Shown: positions 40,391 through 50,285, counted from the first letter of the stretch. The stretch is DNA of 64,000 bases from an uncultured Erysipelotrichaceae bacterium (GCA_902798815.1 CADBYH010000003.1:4431-68430), one strand, 5' to 3'. Numbers and translations are program-made. The notes: generated by a model not told the origin, from the letters alone.

Positions 40391-41947
40391 ATGAAGAAGA
40401 TTGAAGGAAAATATGAAGTTGTAATACCTAATATGGATCCAATGATGGATAAAAAGATTAAAGAGTTAATTGCTAAAGTAGTACAAGAAAATATTTCTAG
40501 TGAGGCAGTTGTTAAATATGATAGTCACAATATGACAATGATGACAGATTTTTATGAAATGACTATGGGATATGTTAATTATTTAAATGGAGAAGCAGAT
40601 GTAATTGAATTTTATGATGAATTTTTTAGAAATGAACCGTTAAATGCAGGATACGGAATTGCTGCTGGACTTGATAAGATAATTGATTATGTTGAACATT
40701 TGCATTTTACTGATGAAGATATTGAATATTTAAGAGGATTGGGTAAATTCAACGAAGAATATCTTGATTATTTAAGACATTTTGAATTTACTGGTGATAT
40801 ATATGCAATGGTTGATGGGACGGCAGTATTTAGAAATGAGCCAATTCTTACAGTTGTTGCTCCATCAATAGAGTGTAAAATAATGGAAACGGCACTTCTT
40901 GCAATTACAAATGGTCATGTTGCATATGCAACAGCAGCAAGAAAAATTGTTAATTCTGCTGATGGTATACCCGTAATGGAATTTGGGGCACGAAGAGCAT
41001 ATGGTCCTGAGGCAGCAATTGATGCTAGTAAAACAGCAGTTATGGTTGGTTGTAAAGGTACTTCAAACGTTAAAGCTGCTAAAGATTATGATTTAATGCC
41101 TATGGGAACTATGGCACATAGTGCTGTAATGGAGTCAAATAGTGAATATGAAGCATTCTCAAAATACGCAGATGCATTTCCTGAAAAACCATTATTTTTG
41201 GTAGATACATATGATACTTTAAATGGTACTAAGAACGCAGTAAACGTGTGTAAAGAAAAAGGAATAGAATTAGGTGGAATTAGAATTGATTCAGGAGATT
41301 TGGCCTATCTTTCTAAGGAAGCAAAAAAAATAATGGAAAAAGATTTCCCTGATGCTAAAGTATGCCTATCAAATGGATTAACTGCAGAGACAATTGAATC
41401 TTTAAAAAGACAAGGAGCAGTAATAGATTCTTTAGGAGTTGGAGATAATATTTCTTCTCCTGATAAAAGAGTAGGAGCAGTATATAAAAATAGTGGACTT
41501 GTTGAAAATGGAGAAATTATTCCAAAAATAAAAATTAGTGGAGATACCATAAAAACAACAAATCCAGGATTTAAAAAAGTATATCGTTTTTATGATAAAA
41601 ATACTGGATATGCTTTAGGAGATGTCATTGCTTTAAGTGATGAAATAATTCCTAAAGATAAATTTACACTTATACATGAAACAGACGTATGGAAGCGAAA
41701 AACAATTACTAATTACATTGTTCGTGAAGTTCAAACTCAAATATATAAAAATGGTGAATTAGTGTATAAAGAACCAACTATAGATGAAAAAATTAAATAT
41801 TGTGAAGAAGAAATTAAGTCTTTATATCCAGAAGTAAAAAGAAATGAAATGCCTCATCAATACTATGTAGATTTAACAGATAGATTAAGACAATTAAAAC
41901 GTGAATTAATTGAAGTAGAAAAACCTATTCAATATGTAAAAAAATAA
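40391..41947 (+). CDS. pncB: nicotinate phosphoribosyltransferase
   Basis: 518-aa NAPRTase architecture. Conserved MAHS and surrounding family motifs. Confidence 0.8.
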   Translation: MKKIEGKYEVVIPNMDPMMDKKIKELIAKVVQENISSEAVVKYDSHNMTMMTDFYEMTMGYVNYLNGEADVIEFYDEFFRNEPLNAGYGIAAGLDKIIDYVEHLHFTDEDIEYLRGLGKFNEEYLDYLRHFEFTGDIYAMVDGTAVFRNEPILTVVAPSIECKIMETALLAITNGHVAYATAARKIVNSADGIPVMEFGARRAYGPEAAIDASKTAVMVGCKGTSNVKAAKDYDLMPMGTMAHSAVMESNSEYEAFSKYADAFPEKPLFLVDTYDTLNGTKNAVNVCKEKGIELGGIRIDSGDLAYLSKEAKKIMEKDFPDAKVCLSNGLTAETIESLKRQGAVIDSLGVGDNISSPDKRVGAVYKNSGLVENGEIIPKIKISGDTIKTTNPGFKKVYRFYDKNTGYALGDVIALSDEIIPKDKFTLIHETDVWKRKTITNYIVREVQTQIYKNGELVYKEPTIDEKIKYCEEEIKSLYPEVKRNEMPHQYYVDLTDRLRQLKRELIEVEKPIQYVKK

Positions 41948-41948
41948 T

Positions 41949-42542
41949 ATGAGAAAAGAAAAATTAAAAGAATTAAAAAGTTATATCGATGAATTAAAAC
42001 TTGTTAATAAGAAGAAAATAGAAGGGAATAGGTTTTTACAAGTTGAAAGATACAAATGTTTAATTAATAATGGGGAAATTATTAATAGAGAAAAACTTTT
42101 AAAAAGTAATAGTAATGGTAATGCCTCGATTGTTTTACCTATAACTAAGAATAATACTACTATTCTTGTTGTTCAACCTAGAGTTTTTACTAAATCTACA
42201 GTTGGTATATCTTGTCCTGCAGGATATGTTGAAGATGATGAAGATTATATTGTTGCTGCTCAAAGAGAGTTATTAGAAGAGACTGGATATAAGTCAAATA
42301 AGATGATTGAGGTATGTTCATTTTATCAAGATGATGGTATTAGTTCGGCTTTTAATAAAGGTTTTGTTGCTTTGGATTGTTTTAAATACTCTCCTCAAAA
42401 CCTTGATGAAAGTGAGTTTATTAGATATTTTGAGTGTAATATTGATGAATTATTTGAATTACTAGAAAAAGGGTATATACTAGATGGTGGAAGTCAGTTA
42501 TTAATAGAAAAATCGAAAAGATACTTAAAGAGAAGAGGATAA
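41949..42542 (+). CDS. Nudix hydrolase (ADP-ribose pyrophosphatase-like)
   Basis: Canonical Nudix box GYVEDDEDYIVAAQRELLEETGY. Confidence 0.7.
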   Translation: MRKEKLKELKSYIDELKLVNKKKIEGNRFLQVERYKCLINNGEIINREKLLKSNSNGNASIVLPITKNNTTILVVQPRVFTKSTVGISCPAGYVEDDEDYIVAAQRELLEETGYKSNKMIEVCSFYQDDGISSAFNKGFVALDCFKYSPQNLDESEFIRYFECNIDELFELLEKGYILDGGSQLLIEKSKRYLKRRG

Positions 42543-42545
42543 TAT

Positions 42546-43295
42546 ATGTTTAATGCTAAAAAGGAAAAAGATAAAATTGTTAAGTTTATAAGAGATTATT
42601 TTAAAGAAAATAATGTTGGAGGAGTTGTTATTGGAATTAGTGGAGGAAAAGACTCTGGAGTTGTTGCTGGTTTGTTTTCTGAAGCTATTGGCAGTGAAAA
42701 CATTATAGGAGTTACTTTGCCATGTCATTCTAAAAATACTGATAAAACTGATGCATTAAGAGTTAGTAATTATTATGGTTTTGAAATGATAGATATTGAT
42801 CTTACTGATACTTATGAAACTTTTAAAAAGCAAATAAATAAATTAGGTAGGTATACTGATTCAGAATTAAAAAATAGTGATATTAATGTTAAACCTAGAC
42901 TTAGGATGACTTCATTATATTATGTTGCTGCTTTATATAGTGCATTAAGAAATAAAACTTATATTGTTGCTGGTACAGGTAATAAGTGTGAAGAGTTTGT
43001 TGGCTATTTTACTAAAGGTGGAGATTCAGTTTCAGATATAAAAGTTATTGCAGATTTAACTGTTGAAGAAGTAATCAAAATAGGAGAGGTTTTAAATGTA
43101 CCAAAAGAAGTGCTTTATAAGACTCCTAATGATGGATTAAGTGGTCAAAGTGATGAAGAAAAATTGGGAGTAAAATATAGTGATATTGCTAAATACATAA
43201 ATGGTGAAGAATTAGATGATGAAGTTAAATTAAAAATAAAAAGACTTCATGAAAATAATCTTCATAAGTTTAGTATTCCAACTTATAGAAAATAA
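42546..43295 (+). CDS. nadE: NH3-dependent NAD+ synthetase
   Basis: PP-loop SGGKDS (GISGGKDSGVVAGL). Length 249 aa. Confidence 0.85.
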   Translation: MFNAKKEKDKIVKFIRDYFKENNVGGVVIGISGGKDSGVVAGLFSEAIGSENIIGVTLPCHSKNTDKTDALRVSNYYGFEMIDIDLTDTYETFKKQINKLGRYTDSELKNSDINVKPRLRMTSLYYVAALYSALRNKTYIVAGTGNKCEEFVGYFTKGGDSVSDIKVIADLTVEEVIKIGEVLNVPKEVLYKTPNDGLSGQSDEEKLGVKYSDIAKYINGEELDDEVKLKIKRLHENNLHKFSIPTYRK

Positions 43296-43307
43296 AGGAG
43301 AGTTGTT

Positions 43308-44321
43308 ATGAGAATAGGTCTATATATAGGTAGTTTTAATCCACCACATTTAGGACATAAAAGAGTAATTAATTTTTTATTAGATAATAATTATGTTGAT
43401 AGAATATTATTACTTGCTACTCAGGGATATTGGAATAAGAATAACTTAGTAGATATTAAAGATCGAGTAAATATGCTTAAATACTATGAAAGTGATAGAA
43501 TAATTGTAGATTCTATTCATAATAACTATCCTTATACTTATCAAGTTTTAAATAGTTTAAAAAATGATTATAAAGGTGATGAGTTTTATTTAATAATTGG
43601 ATCAGATAACTTAGATAGATTACATGAATGGAGAAATATTAATGATTTATTAAAATATAAATTTATTGTTTTGAAAAGAGGAAACATTATAAAAAATAAT
43701 AAAATATCTGATGATAATTTTATTTATGTTGATGATTTTGAGTATCTTGATATATCTTCTACTGAAATTAGAAATGGTAATCATAAATACTTAGATTATA
43801 ATGTAAAACAATATATTATTAATAATAATTTATATGGAGGATTTATGAGTTTTAAAAATATTATAGAAAAATTAACTAATGATAATAAAACTATTTCTAC
43901 TATGGAATCTTGTACTGGTGGAGGAGTAAGTAATGCTATTACTAATTGTGAGGGTGCTAGTGAAGTTTTAAAATATAGTGCTGTTACTTATTCTAATGAG
44001 TATAAAATTAAAATGGGAGTTTCTAAAGAAGTAATAGATAAATATAGTGTTTATAGTATTGAAACTGCTAAAGAGATGGCAAAAGCAATTAGTAAATACA
44101 CTAATTCAAATTATGGGGTAGGCATTACTGGTAAATTAAATCGAGTTGATAAAAGAAACCCATTTGGGGAAGATAATGTTGTATTTGTATCAATTTATGA
44201 TAAGGACAATGATAAATATTATGATTCTAAAATTGAGGCAGTTAAATCTTCAAGAAGTGAAAATAAAGAATTAGTTATAAATGAAATTATTTCTATACTA
44301 GAAAATATTATTATGTTATAA
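43308..44321 (+). CDS. nadD: bifunctional fusion: nicotinate-nucleotide adenylyltransferase NadD (N-terminus) + CinA C-terminal-type NMN deamidase PncC domain (C-terminus)
   Basis: N-terminal GSFNPPHLGH and ISSTEIR are NadD motifs. The C-terminal ~150 aa carry MESCTGGGVSNAIT...GVGITG, matching the CinA_C/PncC family. Confidence 0.7.
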   Translation: MRIGLYIGSFNPPHLGHKRVINFLLDNNYVDRILLLATQGYWNKNNLVDIKDRVNMLKYYESDRIIVDSIHNNYPYTYQVLNSLKNDYKGDEFYLIIGSDNLDRLHEWRNINDLLKYKFIVLKRGNIIKNNKISDDNFIYVDDFEYLDISSTEIRNGNHKYLDYNVKQYIINNNLYGGFMSFKNIIEKLTNDNKTISTMESCTGGGVSNAITNCEGASEVLKYSAVTYSNEYKIKMGVSKEVIDKYSVYSIETAKEMAKAISKYTNSNYGVGITGKLNRVDKRNPFGEDNVVFVSIYDKDNDKYYDSKIEAVKSSRSENKELVINEIISILENIIML

Positions 44322-44349
44322 TCAGACTATATAAAACATTTATAAGTAG

Positions 44350-45192
44350 GTGAAGGATATGAAGGAATATAGTTCGGAAGAAGAGTTTTTAAAAGATTAT
44401 AATCCAAAGGAATTTGAACAATTATCTATGACAGTAGATATATTAGTAGTTAGTGTATCTTCTAAAGATAGTAGTAATTATCGTAAAACTGATAAGAAGA
44501 TGATGAGTATTCTACTTGCAAAGAGAGAAGATTATCCATTTAAAGACAAATGGTGTCTTCCTGGAGGATTCTTAGATCCTAAGACAGAAACGCTTGAAGA
44601 ATGCGCTAAAAAAGTATTAAAAAGAGAAACTAATCTATCAAATATTTATTTAGAGCAATTATATACTTTTGATGCAATAGATAGAGATCCTCGTACTAGA
44701 GTTGTTTCTACTTCATTTGTTGCTTTAGTTGATAAAAATAAACTTAAACAACATGTTGAAAATGCATCATGGTTTGATGTTACTTTTATAGAAGAAAAAA
44801 ATAATGTAGTTGATATTGTTCTTGATAATGGTAATGAAACTATTAAAATGACAATTAAAAAGGTATTGAGAGAGAAGACTACTGATAGATATGATTATAA
44901 AACTGTTAAGAATGATTCTTTGGCGTTTGATCATGATAAGGTAATATTATCAGGCCTTGAAAGAATTAAGAATAAACTTAATTATACAGATATAGTATTT
45001 AATATGATGCCTGAGTATTTTACATTAGGTGAGTTACAACAAGTATATGAAGTTATTTTAAATAAGAAGTTACTTGATCCTGCTTTTAGAAGAATAATTG
45101 CTAATAAAGTTGAAAAGACTGAAAAAATGAAAACAGGAGAAGGACATAGACCATCTTATCTATTTAGGTATAAAAAGAATGAAAGAGATTAA
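44350..45192 (+). CDS. nrtR: NrtR: Nudix-related transcriptional regulator of NAD metabolism (degenerate Nudix domain + C-terminal winged helix)
   Basis: Degenerate Nudix box (GGFLDPKTETLEECAKKVLKRETNL). C-terminal wHTH ending GEGHRPSYLFRYKK, similar to NrtR GRPAQLYRF. Embedded in the NAD gene cluster. Confidence 0.7.
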   Translation: MKDMKEYSSEEEFLKDYNPKEFEQLSMTVDILVVSVSSKDSSNYRKTDKKMMSILLAKREDYPFKDKWCLPGGFLDPKTETLEECAKKVLKRETNLSNIYLEQLYTFDAIDRDPRTRVVSTSFVALVDKNKLKQHVENASWFDVTFIEEKNNVVDIVLDNGNETIKMTIKKVLREKTTDRYDYKTVKNDSLAFDHDKVILSGLERIKNKLNYTDIVFNMMPEYFTLGELQQVYEVILNKKLLDPAFRRIIANKVEKTEKMKTGEGHRPSYLFRYKKNERD

Positions 45193-45979
45193 TAAAGTTA
45201 GATTATTTGTAAATAATAATATAAAATCTAAGAATGTTGAAAAAGAAGTAAAGGCAATTCTTTTAAAAGAAAAGTTTAATATAGTTGATAATAATGATTT
45301 TGATTTAGGTATAGCTGTTGGTGGAGATGGGTCATTCTTAAGAATGATTAGAAATAGTAACTTTAAAGCAGATGCATTATATGTAGGAATTAATGCTGGT
45401 ACTTTGGGATTTGCTCAAGATATAAGTATTGATGATATAACTAAGTTTATTAGACAAATAAAGAAAAATGACTATAATTATGAAAAAATAGGTGTAGGAA
45501 AAATTGAGATTGAGACTAAAGAAGAAATATTTAGTTTTAATTGTTTAAATGAAATAGTTGTAAGAGATGATCAATTAAATACATTACATTGTAATGTGTA
45601 TATAGATAGTGATTTGCTTGAGAATTATGTTGGAGATGGTCTTCTTATATCAACATCTTTTGGTTCTACAGCATATAATTTAAGTTTTGGAGGAAGTATT
45701 GTTTATAATACTTTTGATACATTACAATTAACTCCTATTGCTCCACTTAATAATAAAAGTTATGGATCTTTAACTAACTCATTGATTATCCCTGCTACTA
45801 AGAAAATAATTTTAAAGACTAAGACTAATCAAAGGAATATCTTAGTTACTGTTGATGGTAATAATATTTTTTATAATGATGTAGTTGGTATAAAAATAAA
45901 GATAGAAGATAAAATAAAAATTATAAGAAAGAAAGATTATAATTTTATAGAAAAGATTAATGATAAGTTTTTAAAATAA
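45179..45979 (+). CDS. nadK: NAD kinase
   Basis: GGDGSFLR (GGDG motif) and NE/D region (CLNEIVV). Overlaps nrtR by 14 nt. Confidence 0.8.
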   Translation: MKEINKVRLFVNNNIKSKNVEKEVKAILLKEKFNIVDNNDFDLGIAVGGDGSFLRMIRNSNFKADALYVGINAGTLGFAQDISIDDITKFIRQIKKNDYNYEKIGVGKIEIETKEEIFSFNCLNEIVVRDDQLNTLHCNVYIDSDLLENYVGDGLLISTSFGSTAYNLSFGGSIVYNTFDTLQLTPIAPLNNKSYGSLTNSLIIPATKKIILKTKTNQRNILVTVDGNNIFYNDVVGIKIKIEDKIKIIRKKDYNFIEKINDKFLK

Positions 45980-46042
45980 AAAGATTCTAGATGAATCTTT
46001 TTTAATTGAAAGAATATGGGAAATAGTCTATAATTATAATAG

Positions 46043-46654
46043 GTGATTGATTTGACAAAATGTAAGGATAAGTGGTTTTATAGGATTGTTAAACCTCCTG
46101 TTAAATTGTTATTTTATTTTTTATATAGACCTAAGGTAATTGGAAGGGAAAATATACCTAAGAATGGAAGAATTCTATTAGCTGGTAATCATACTAAATG
46201 GTTAGATCCTGTTTTACTTGTTAGTGTTACTAAAAGACAGGTTCATTTTCTTGCTAAAGAAGAGTTGTTTCATGGTAAAACTAAATTTATAGTTAAAGGT
46301 ATGGGATGTGTTCCTGTTAATAGGAAAATTCATGATAAGAATGCTTTAGAAAGCACTTATGAATTTCTTGAGAATGATTTATGTATTGGTATATTTCCTG
46401 AAGGAACAATTAATAGAACTAATGATATTATAATGCCTTTTAAAATGGGAGCAGTTAAGGCTTGTAGTTATACAAATACACCGTTAGTTCCATTTACTAT
46501 TACTGGTGAATACAAATTGTTTAGAAAAGGTATTAAGATAGAGTTTTTACCTCCTATAAAGATTGGTAAAGATTTAGAAAAAGAAAATAAAAAGCTTATG
46601 GATATAGTTAGTAAAAAATTAGAAAGTGAAGGTTTTAAAGATGGCAAAAGATAA
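46043..46654 (+). CDS. plsC: 1-acyl-sn-glycerol-3-phosphate acyltransferase (PlsC family)
   Basis: Motif I NHTKWLD (NHx4D), motif III FPEGT, then PFKMGA. Non-ATG (GTG) start. Confidence 0.7.
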   Translation: MIDLTKCKDKWFYRIVKPPVKLLFYFLYRPKVIGRENIPKNGRILLAGNHTKWLDPVLLVSVTKRQVHFLAKEELFHGKTKFIVKGMGCVPVNRKIHDKNALESTYEFLENDLCIGIFPEGTINRTNDIIMPFKMGAVKACSYTNTPLVPFTITGEYKLFRKGIKIEFLPPIKIGKDLEKENKKLMDIVSKKLESEGFKDGKR

Positions 46655-47471
46655 GATGGTTGCATATAGATTTTTTAAGGCAATATTAGGTCCATTATAT
46701 AGATTTTGGTATAATCCAAAAATTATTGGAAAAGAGAATATTCCTAAGGAAGGAAGATTTATTATTGTTGGTAATCATGTACATATAATGGATCAATGTA
46801 ATGTTGTTATTTCTACTAGAAGGTGTTTACATTATATGGCAAAAAAAGAGTATTTTGATAATAAAAAAGTGGCTTGGTTCTTTAAAAGTGCTGGATGTAT
46901 TCCTGTAGATAGATCTAAAAAAGATGATGATGCGACTTCTGCAGCAGTAGAAGTATTGAATAATGATAATGCTTTGGGTTTGTTTCCGGAGGGTACTAGA
47001 AATGGTTTGAAAGAGGAAAGAATACAAGAATTATATACAAAATATCATACTGAAGAACAAACATATGAAGAATTTGTAAATAATATTAAGAAAACTAAAA
47101 CTTCTCAAATTAATTATTTAGAGGAATTGTTGGAAAATGAAATGATTACAAAAGAAGAATTTCTTGATAATATTTTCAATGTTGATGAATATTTAAGAAT
47201 ATTAATAAACGAAAGAAGAATTACTAGAAGTGAATATTATAGTCATATGTTGTTGCCATTAAAATTTGGTGCTGTTTCTCTTGCAAAGAAGACTAATTCA
47301 CAAATTATTCCTTTTGTTATTACTGGTGATTATAAGTTTAGAAGTAAGAATTTAAAGGTACTTATTGGAGAAGCAATTGATCCTTCAGAAGACTTAGAGG
47401 CAGCAAATAAAAGACTTAATGATGTCATGGTAGAAATGATAAGAGAAAATTACGAAAATAATGGTAAATAG
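46626..47471 (+). CDS. PlsC-family acyltransferase paralogue with a ~90-aa insertion between motifs III and IV
   Basis: NHVHIMD and FPEGTRN present. About 95 residues separate FPEGT from PLKFGA, against 7 in the upstream paralogue. Confidence 0.6.
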   Translation: MKVLKMAKDKMVAYRFFKAILGPLYRFWYNPKIIGKENIPKEGRFIIVGNHVHIMDQCNVVISTRRCLHYMAKKEYFDNKKVAWFFKSAGCIPVDRSKKDDDATSAAVEVLNNDNALGLFPEGTRNGLKEERIQELYTKYHTEEQTYEEFVNNIKKTKTSQINYLEELLENEMITKEEFLDNIFNVDEYLRILINERRITRSEYYSHMLLPLKFGAVSLAKKTNSQIIPFVITGDYKFRSKNLKVLIGEAIDPSEDLEAANKRLNDVMVEMIRENYENNGK

Positions 47472-47525
47472 TGTAAAGTTTAGGAAACTGAGTTATTCTT
47501 AGTTTCCTTTTATGTTATTATTTAA

Positions 47526-48350
47526 TTGGTGATAGTTATGCAGAAGAAAAATGATGAAGAAAAATATAGTTTATATAAAACTGTTAATGATTTGTTACAT
47601 CCTAGTATTTCTAAGAGAAATATTAGTAATTATAGAATTGTTTTAGATGAAGATATTATTCCTGTTAGAGTTTCTTATCCTAGAAAAGTTTCCGAAATAA
47701 AGGATGTAGCAATTTTCTTTCATGGAGATTCTAATGTTACTAATACAAAATCTAATTATTCAGATATTCTTACTGTTTTTTCAAAATCTTTTGATAAATT
47801 AACTATATGTATTGATTATGATGAAAATGATTCTGTTAAAAAGATTATTGATGAGTGTTATAAGACATATAAATTTATATATGATAGATTAGTTATGAAT
47901 AATATTAAAGATAGTAATATTTTGCTGGTAGGTGATTCTACTGCTAGTTGTATAATTGATAATATTATAAAAAAGGGAGAAACAAACATTAATAAAATAA
48001 TCTTATTTTATCCGGTATTATCTGGTGAATATTATGGTGTCACTAAATATAATAGTATTTTAGATAATAATAAGATTGATTATGATTTAATAAGTAAATT
48101 AAATAAATATTATAGTGGTTCTGATAAAGGAATATTCCCATTAAATAATAATTTGCAATATCCATCTACTTTGGTTATTTGTGGTAATGTTGATCCTTTA
48201 ATTGATGAGAATATTTGCTTTTCTGAAAAAAATGATAATATTAATTTGATTAAGATTGGTTTTGCTTCCCATGGATTTTTAAATAGTAATGATAAAGAAG
48301 TTATAAAGGAATATGAAAGCAGTATTAATAAATTCCTTTCTTCTAAATAA
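47526..48350 (+). CDS. putative alpha/beta-hydrolase-fold esterase
   Basis: FFHGDS oxyanion-region-like and LLVGDSTAS nucleophile-elbow-like (GDSxA) motifs. Weak. Confidence 0.35.
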   Translation: MVIVMQKKNDEEKYSLYKTVNDLLHPSISKRNISNYRIVLDEDIIPVRVSYPRKVSEIKDVAIFFHGDSNVTNTKSNYSDILTVFSKSFDKLTICIDYDENDSVKKIIDECYKTYKFIYDRLVMNNIKDSNILLVGDSTASCIIDNIIKKGETNINKIILFYPVLSGEYYGVTKYNSILDNNKIDYDLISKLNKYYSGSDKGIFPLNNNLQYPSTLVICGNVDPLIDENICFSEKNDNINLIKIGFASHGFLNSNDKEVIKEYESSINKFLSSK

Positions 48351-48404
48351 TGACTATGTGTAGTCATTATTTTTATTTTATGTTATAATTTTATTGGTGA
48401 TAGT

Positions 48405-48926
48405 ATGGAAAAACGTAAAACTAAAAAAGAAATAGTAGAGATGCTATTAAGAAATAATGCTCTAGATTCTAAAGATGAAGAGGAATTATTAGATTTATTG
48501 GTTGATCAACCAATAAGTATTGATGTAGATAAACAAGAAGAAGCAAAAATGACAAAAGGAGACAGAATAGCTGATAAGGTTAGTGAAATTGCTGGTTCTT
48601 GGGGATTTATAATTTGTTTTTCTGGATTTTTGATTTTTTGGATTGTTTTAAATTCTGTTATATTAAGTGGAGATAAACAAATTGATCCATATCCATTTAT
48701 TTTACTTAATTTGTTATTATCATGCCTTGCAGCATTACAAGCACCTGTTATTATGATGAGTCAAAATAGACAAGCTGCAAAGGATAGTTTAAGAAACCAA
48801 AATGATTATAGAACAGATTTAAAAAGTGAATTAATTCTTGAAGAATTACATGATAAGATGGATGAAATATTAAAAAATCAAAGAAAACTAATGAAGAACA
48901 TGGAGGATAATAATGAAAAGAAGTAG
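48405..48926 (+). CDS. DUF1003 family membrane protein
   Basis: Two TM (GSWGFIICFSGFLIFWIVLN; FILLNLLLSCLAALQAP) plus QNRQAAKD. Confidence 0.5.
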   Translation: MEKRKTKKEIVEMLLRNNALDSKDEEELLDLLVDQPISIDVDKQEEAKMTKGDRIADKVSEIAGSWGFIICFSGFLIFWIVLNSVILSGDKQIDPYPFILLNLLLSCLAALQAPVIMMSQNRQAAKDSLRNQNDYRTDLKSELILEELHDKMDEILKNQRKLMKNMEDNNEKK

Positions 48927-49425
48927 TATAGTTTTATTAGTTATTATTAGTTTGCTTTTAGTATATGGGTGTGATAAAAAGCAAGAAGTTGAAGTGGGTG
49001 GAGAAAAAGTAAATACTTCAAAAATGGAACATAAGCATTGTACTAGAAAGGCAACAGCTGGTGCCGGAATAACTACTGATCTATCATATGAAATATATTA
49101 TACTGATGATAAGTTAAATCTTTTAGAATCTCAAGAAAAGATTATTGCTAATGATACTGCAAGTTTAGATGAATATGAGGAAGCATATTTAAAAATAAAC
49201 AAAAATTATGATAATTTAGATTATTATGATACAGAGGTTATAAGAGGGGATACAAGTGTAATTAGAAAGACTACAATTAATTATGATAAAATAGATATTG
49301 AAGAATTATTGAATATTGAAGGAAGCGACGATAATATAATTAAAGATGGTTATGCAAGTGTAAGTGAATGGCTTAGTCTTGCTAAGAAATTTGGTACGAC
49401 ATGTGAAAAAGTAACTGAAGAATAG
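48913..49425 (+). CDS. lipoprotein (lipobox LLVYGC)
   Basis: Signal peptide with Cys lipobox. Confidence 0.5.
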   Translation: MKRSSIVLLVIISLLLVYGCDKKQEVEVGGEKVNTSKMEHKHCTRKATAGAGITTDLSYEIYYTDDKLNLLESQEKIIANDTASLDEYEEAYLKINKNYDNLDYYDTEVIRGDTSVIRKTTINYDKIDIEELLNIEGSDDNIIKDGYASVSEWLSLAKKFGTTCEKVTEE

Positions 49426-49436
49426 TTACTTTTTAT

Positions 49437-49512
49437 GTTCGGATAGTTTAATTGGATAAAATATTTCCCTCCGACGGAGATGTTAAGGGTTCGAATCCCT
49501 TTCTGAACACCA
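49437..49512 (+). tRNA. tRNA-Arg (anticodon CCG)
   Basis: Manual cloverleaf: acceptor GTTCGGA/TCTGAAC (one G-U); D-arm GTTT/AAAT; anticodon stem TTTCC/GGAGA; loop CTCCGAC (U33, CCG, A37); T-arm AAGGG-TTCGAAT-CCCTT; discriminator A; CCA encoded. Confidence 0.85.
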
Positions 49513-49513
49513 T

Positions 49514-49545
49514 AAAAAAACAAGTATTAATACTTGTATTTTTTT
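49514..49545. terminator. bidirectional rho-independent terminator (A7-CAAGTATTAATACTTG-T-rich)
   Basis: Perfect palindrome between tRNA-Arg (+) and the convergent GDPD gene (-). Confidence 0.7.
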
Positions 49546-49546
49546 A

Positions 49547-50248
49547 TTATTTTTTAATAAATGGAAGATTGTTACAAATATATGTAATATCATTATCATA
49601 ATTAATATCTTCCATTTTAGTTATTGTCCATACTAATGTTTTTATTTTAGATGATTTTTTTTGATATTTTTTACTATTTAATAATTTCTGAGAAATTGCG
49701 ATAAAGTCACATTTTGAATATTTTATTATAAGATTGGTTTTTGCAATAATATTTAGTAATTTATTTTTATATTTGCTTTTTAATAATAAACCACATTTTA
49801 TATTAGGATAATTCTTTTTAATATATCTAACTATTTTTGGATTAAAAGATTTAACAATATAATTATTATAATTTGTTAATTCTTTTATTAATTCATCTAT
49901 TGTTTCTTTTATTCTTTTAGTATTTTTTATTTCTATATCTATTAAGCATTTATCATTATTAATTTTAAGTATTTCTTCAAATAAAGGTATTTTATATTTT
50001 GTATTTAATAAACATAAGTCTTTTATTTCATCATAAGTACTTTCTTGTATTATATGATCTTCATTTGTCATTCTTTTAGTATTATAGTCATGAAATACTA
50101 CTAATTTATTATCTCTTGTTAATTGGATATCTAATTCAAAAGGATAATTATATTTAATTGCCTCTTTAAAACTTTTTATAGAGTTTTCTGGGATATTAAT
50201 ATTATTAAAGATTCCTCTATGAGCAATTATTTTATTTTCTTTATTCAT
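49547..50248 (-). CDS. glycerophosphodiester phosphodiesterase (GDPD family)
   Basis: N-terminal IAHRGIFNNINIPENS (HR-x-E/N catalytic motif) and FELDIQLTRD. Confidence 0.75.
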   Translation of the reverse strand: MNKENKIIAHRGIFNNINIPENSIKSFKEAIKYNYPFELDIQLTRDNKLVVFHDYNTKRMTNEDHIIQESTYDEIKDLCLLNTKYKIPLFEEILKINNDKCLIDIEIKNTKRIKETIDELIKELTNYNNYIVKSFNPKIVRYIKKNYPNIKCGLLLKSKYKNKLLNIIAKTNLIIKYSKCDFIAISQKLLNSKKYQKKSSKIKTLVWTITKMEDINYDNDITYICNNLPFIKK

Positions 50249-50285
50249 AAAAAATCTCCTTTCTATATAATAATATCATAAATAT

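Noticed and set aside
49437-49512. Initial impression that the tRNA-like sequence at 49437 had no valid anticodon arm
   Set aside because: Re-folding with stem TTTCC/GGAGA (one U-G pair) and loop CUCCGAC gives a normal cloverleaf with anticodon CCG, so it is reported as tRNA-Arg rather than as a pseudogene or tRNA-like element.
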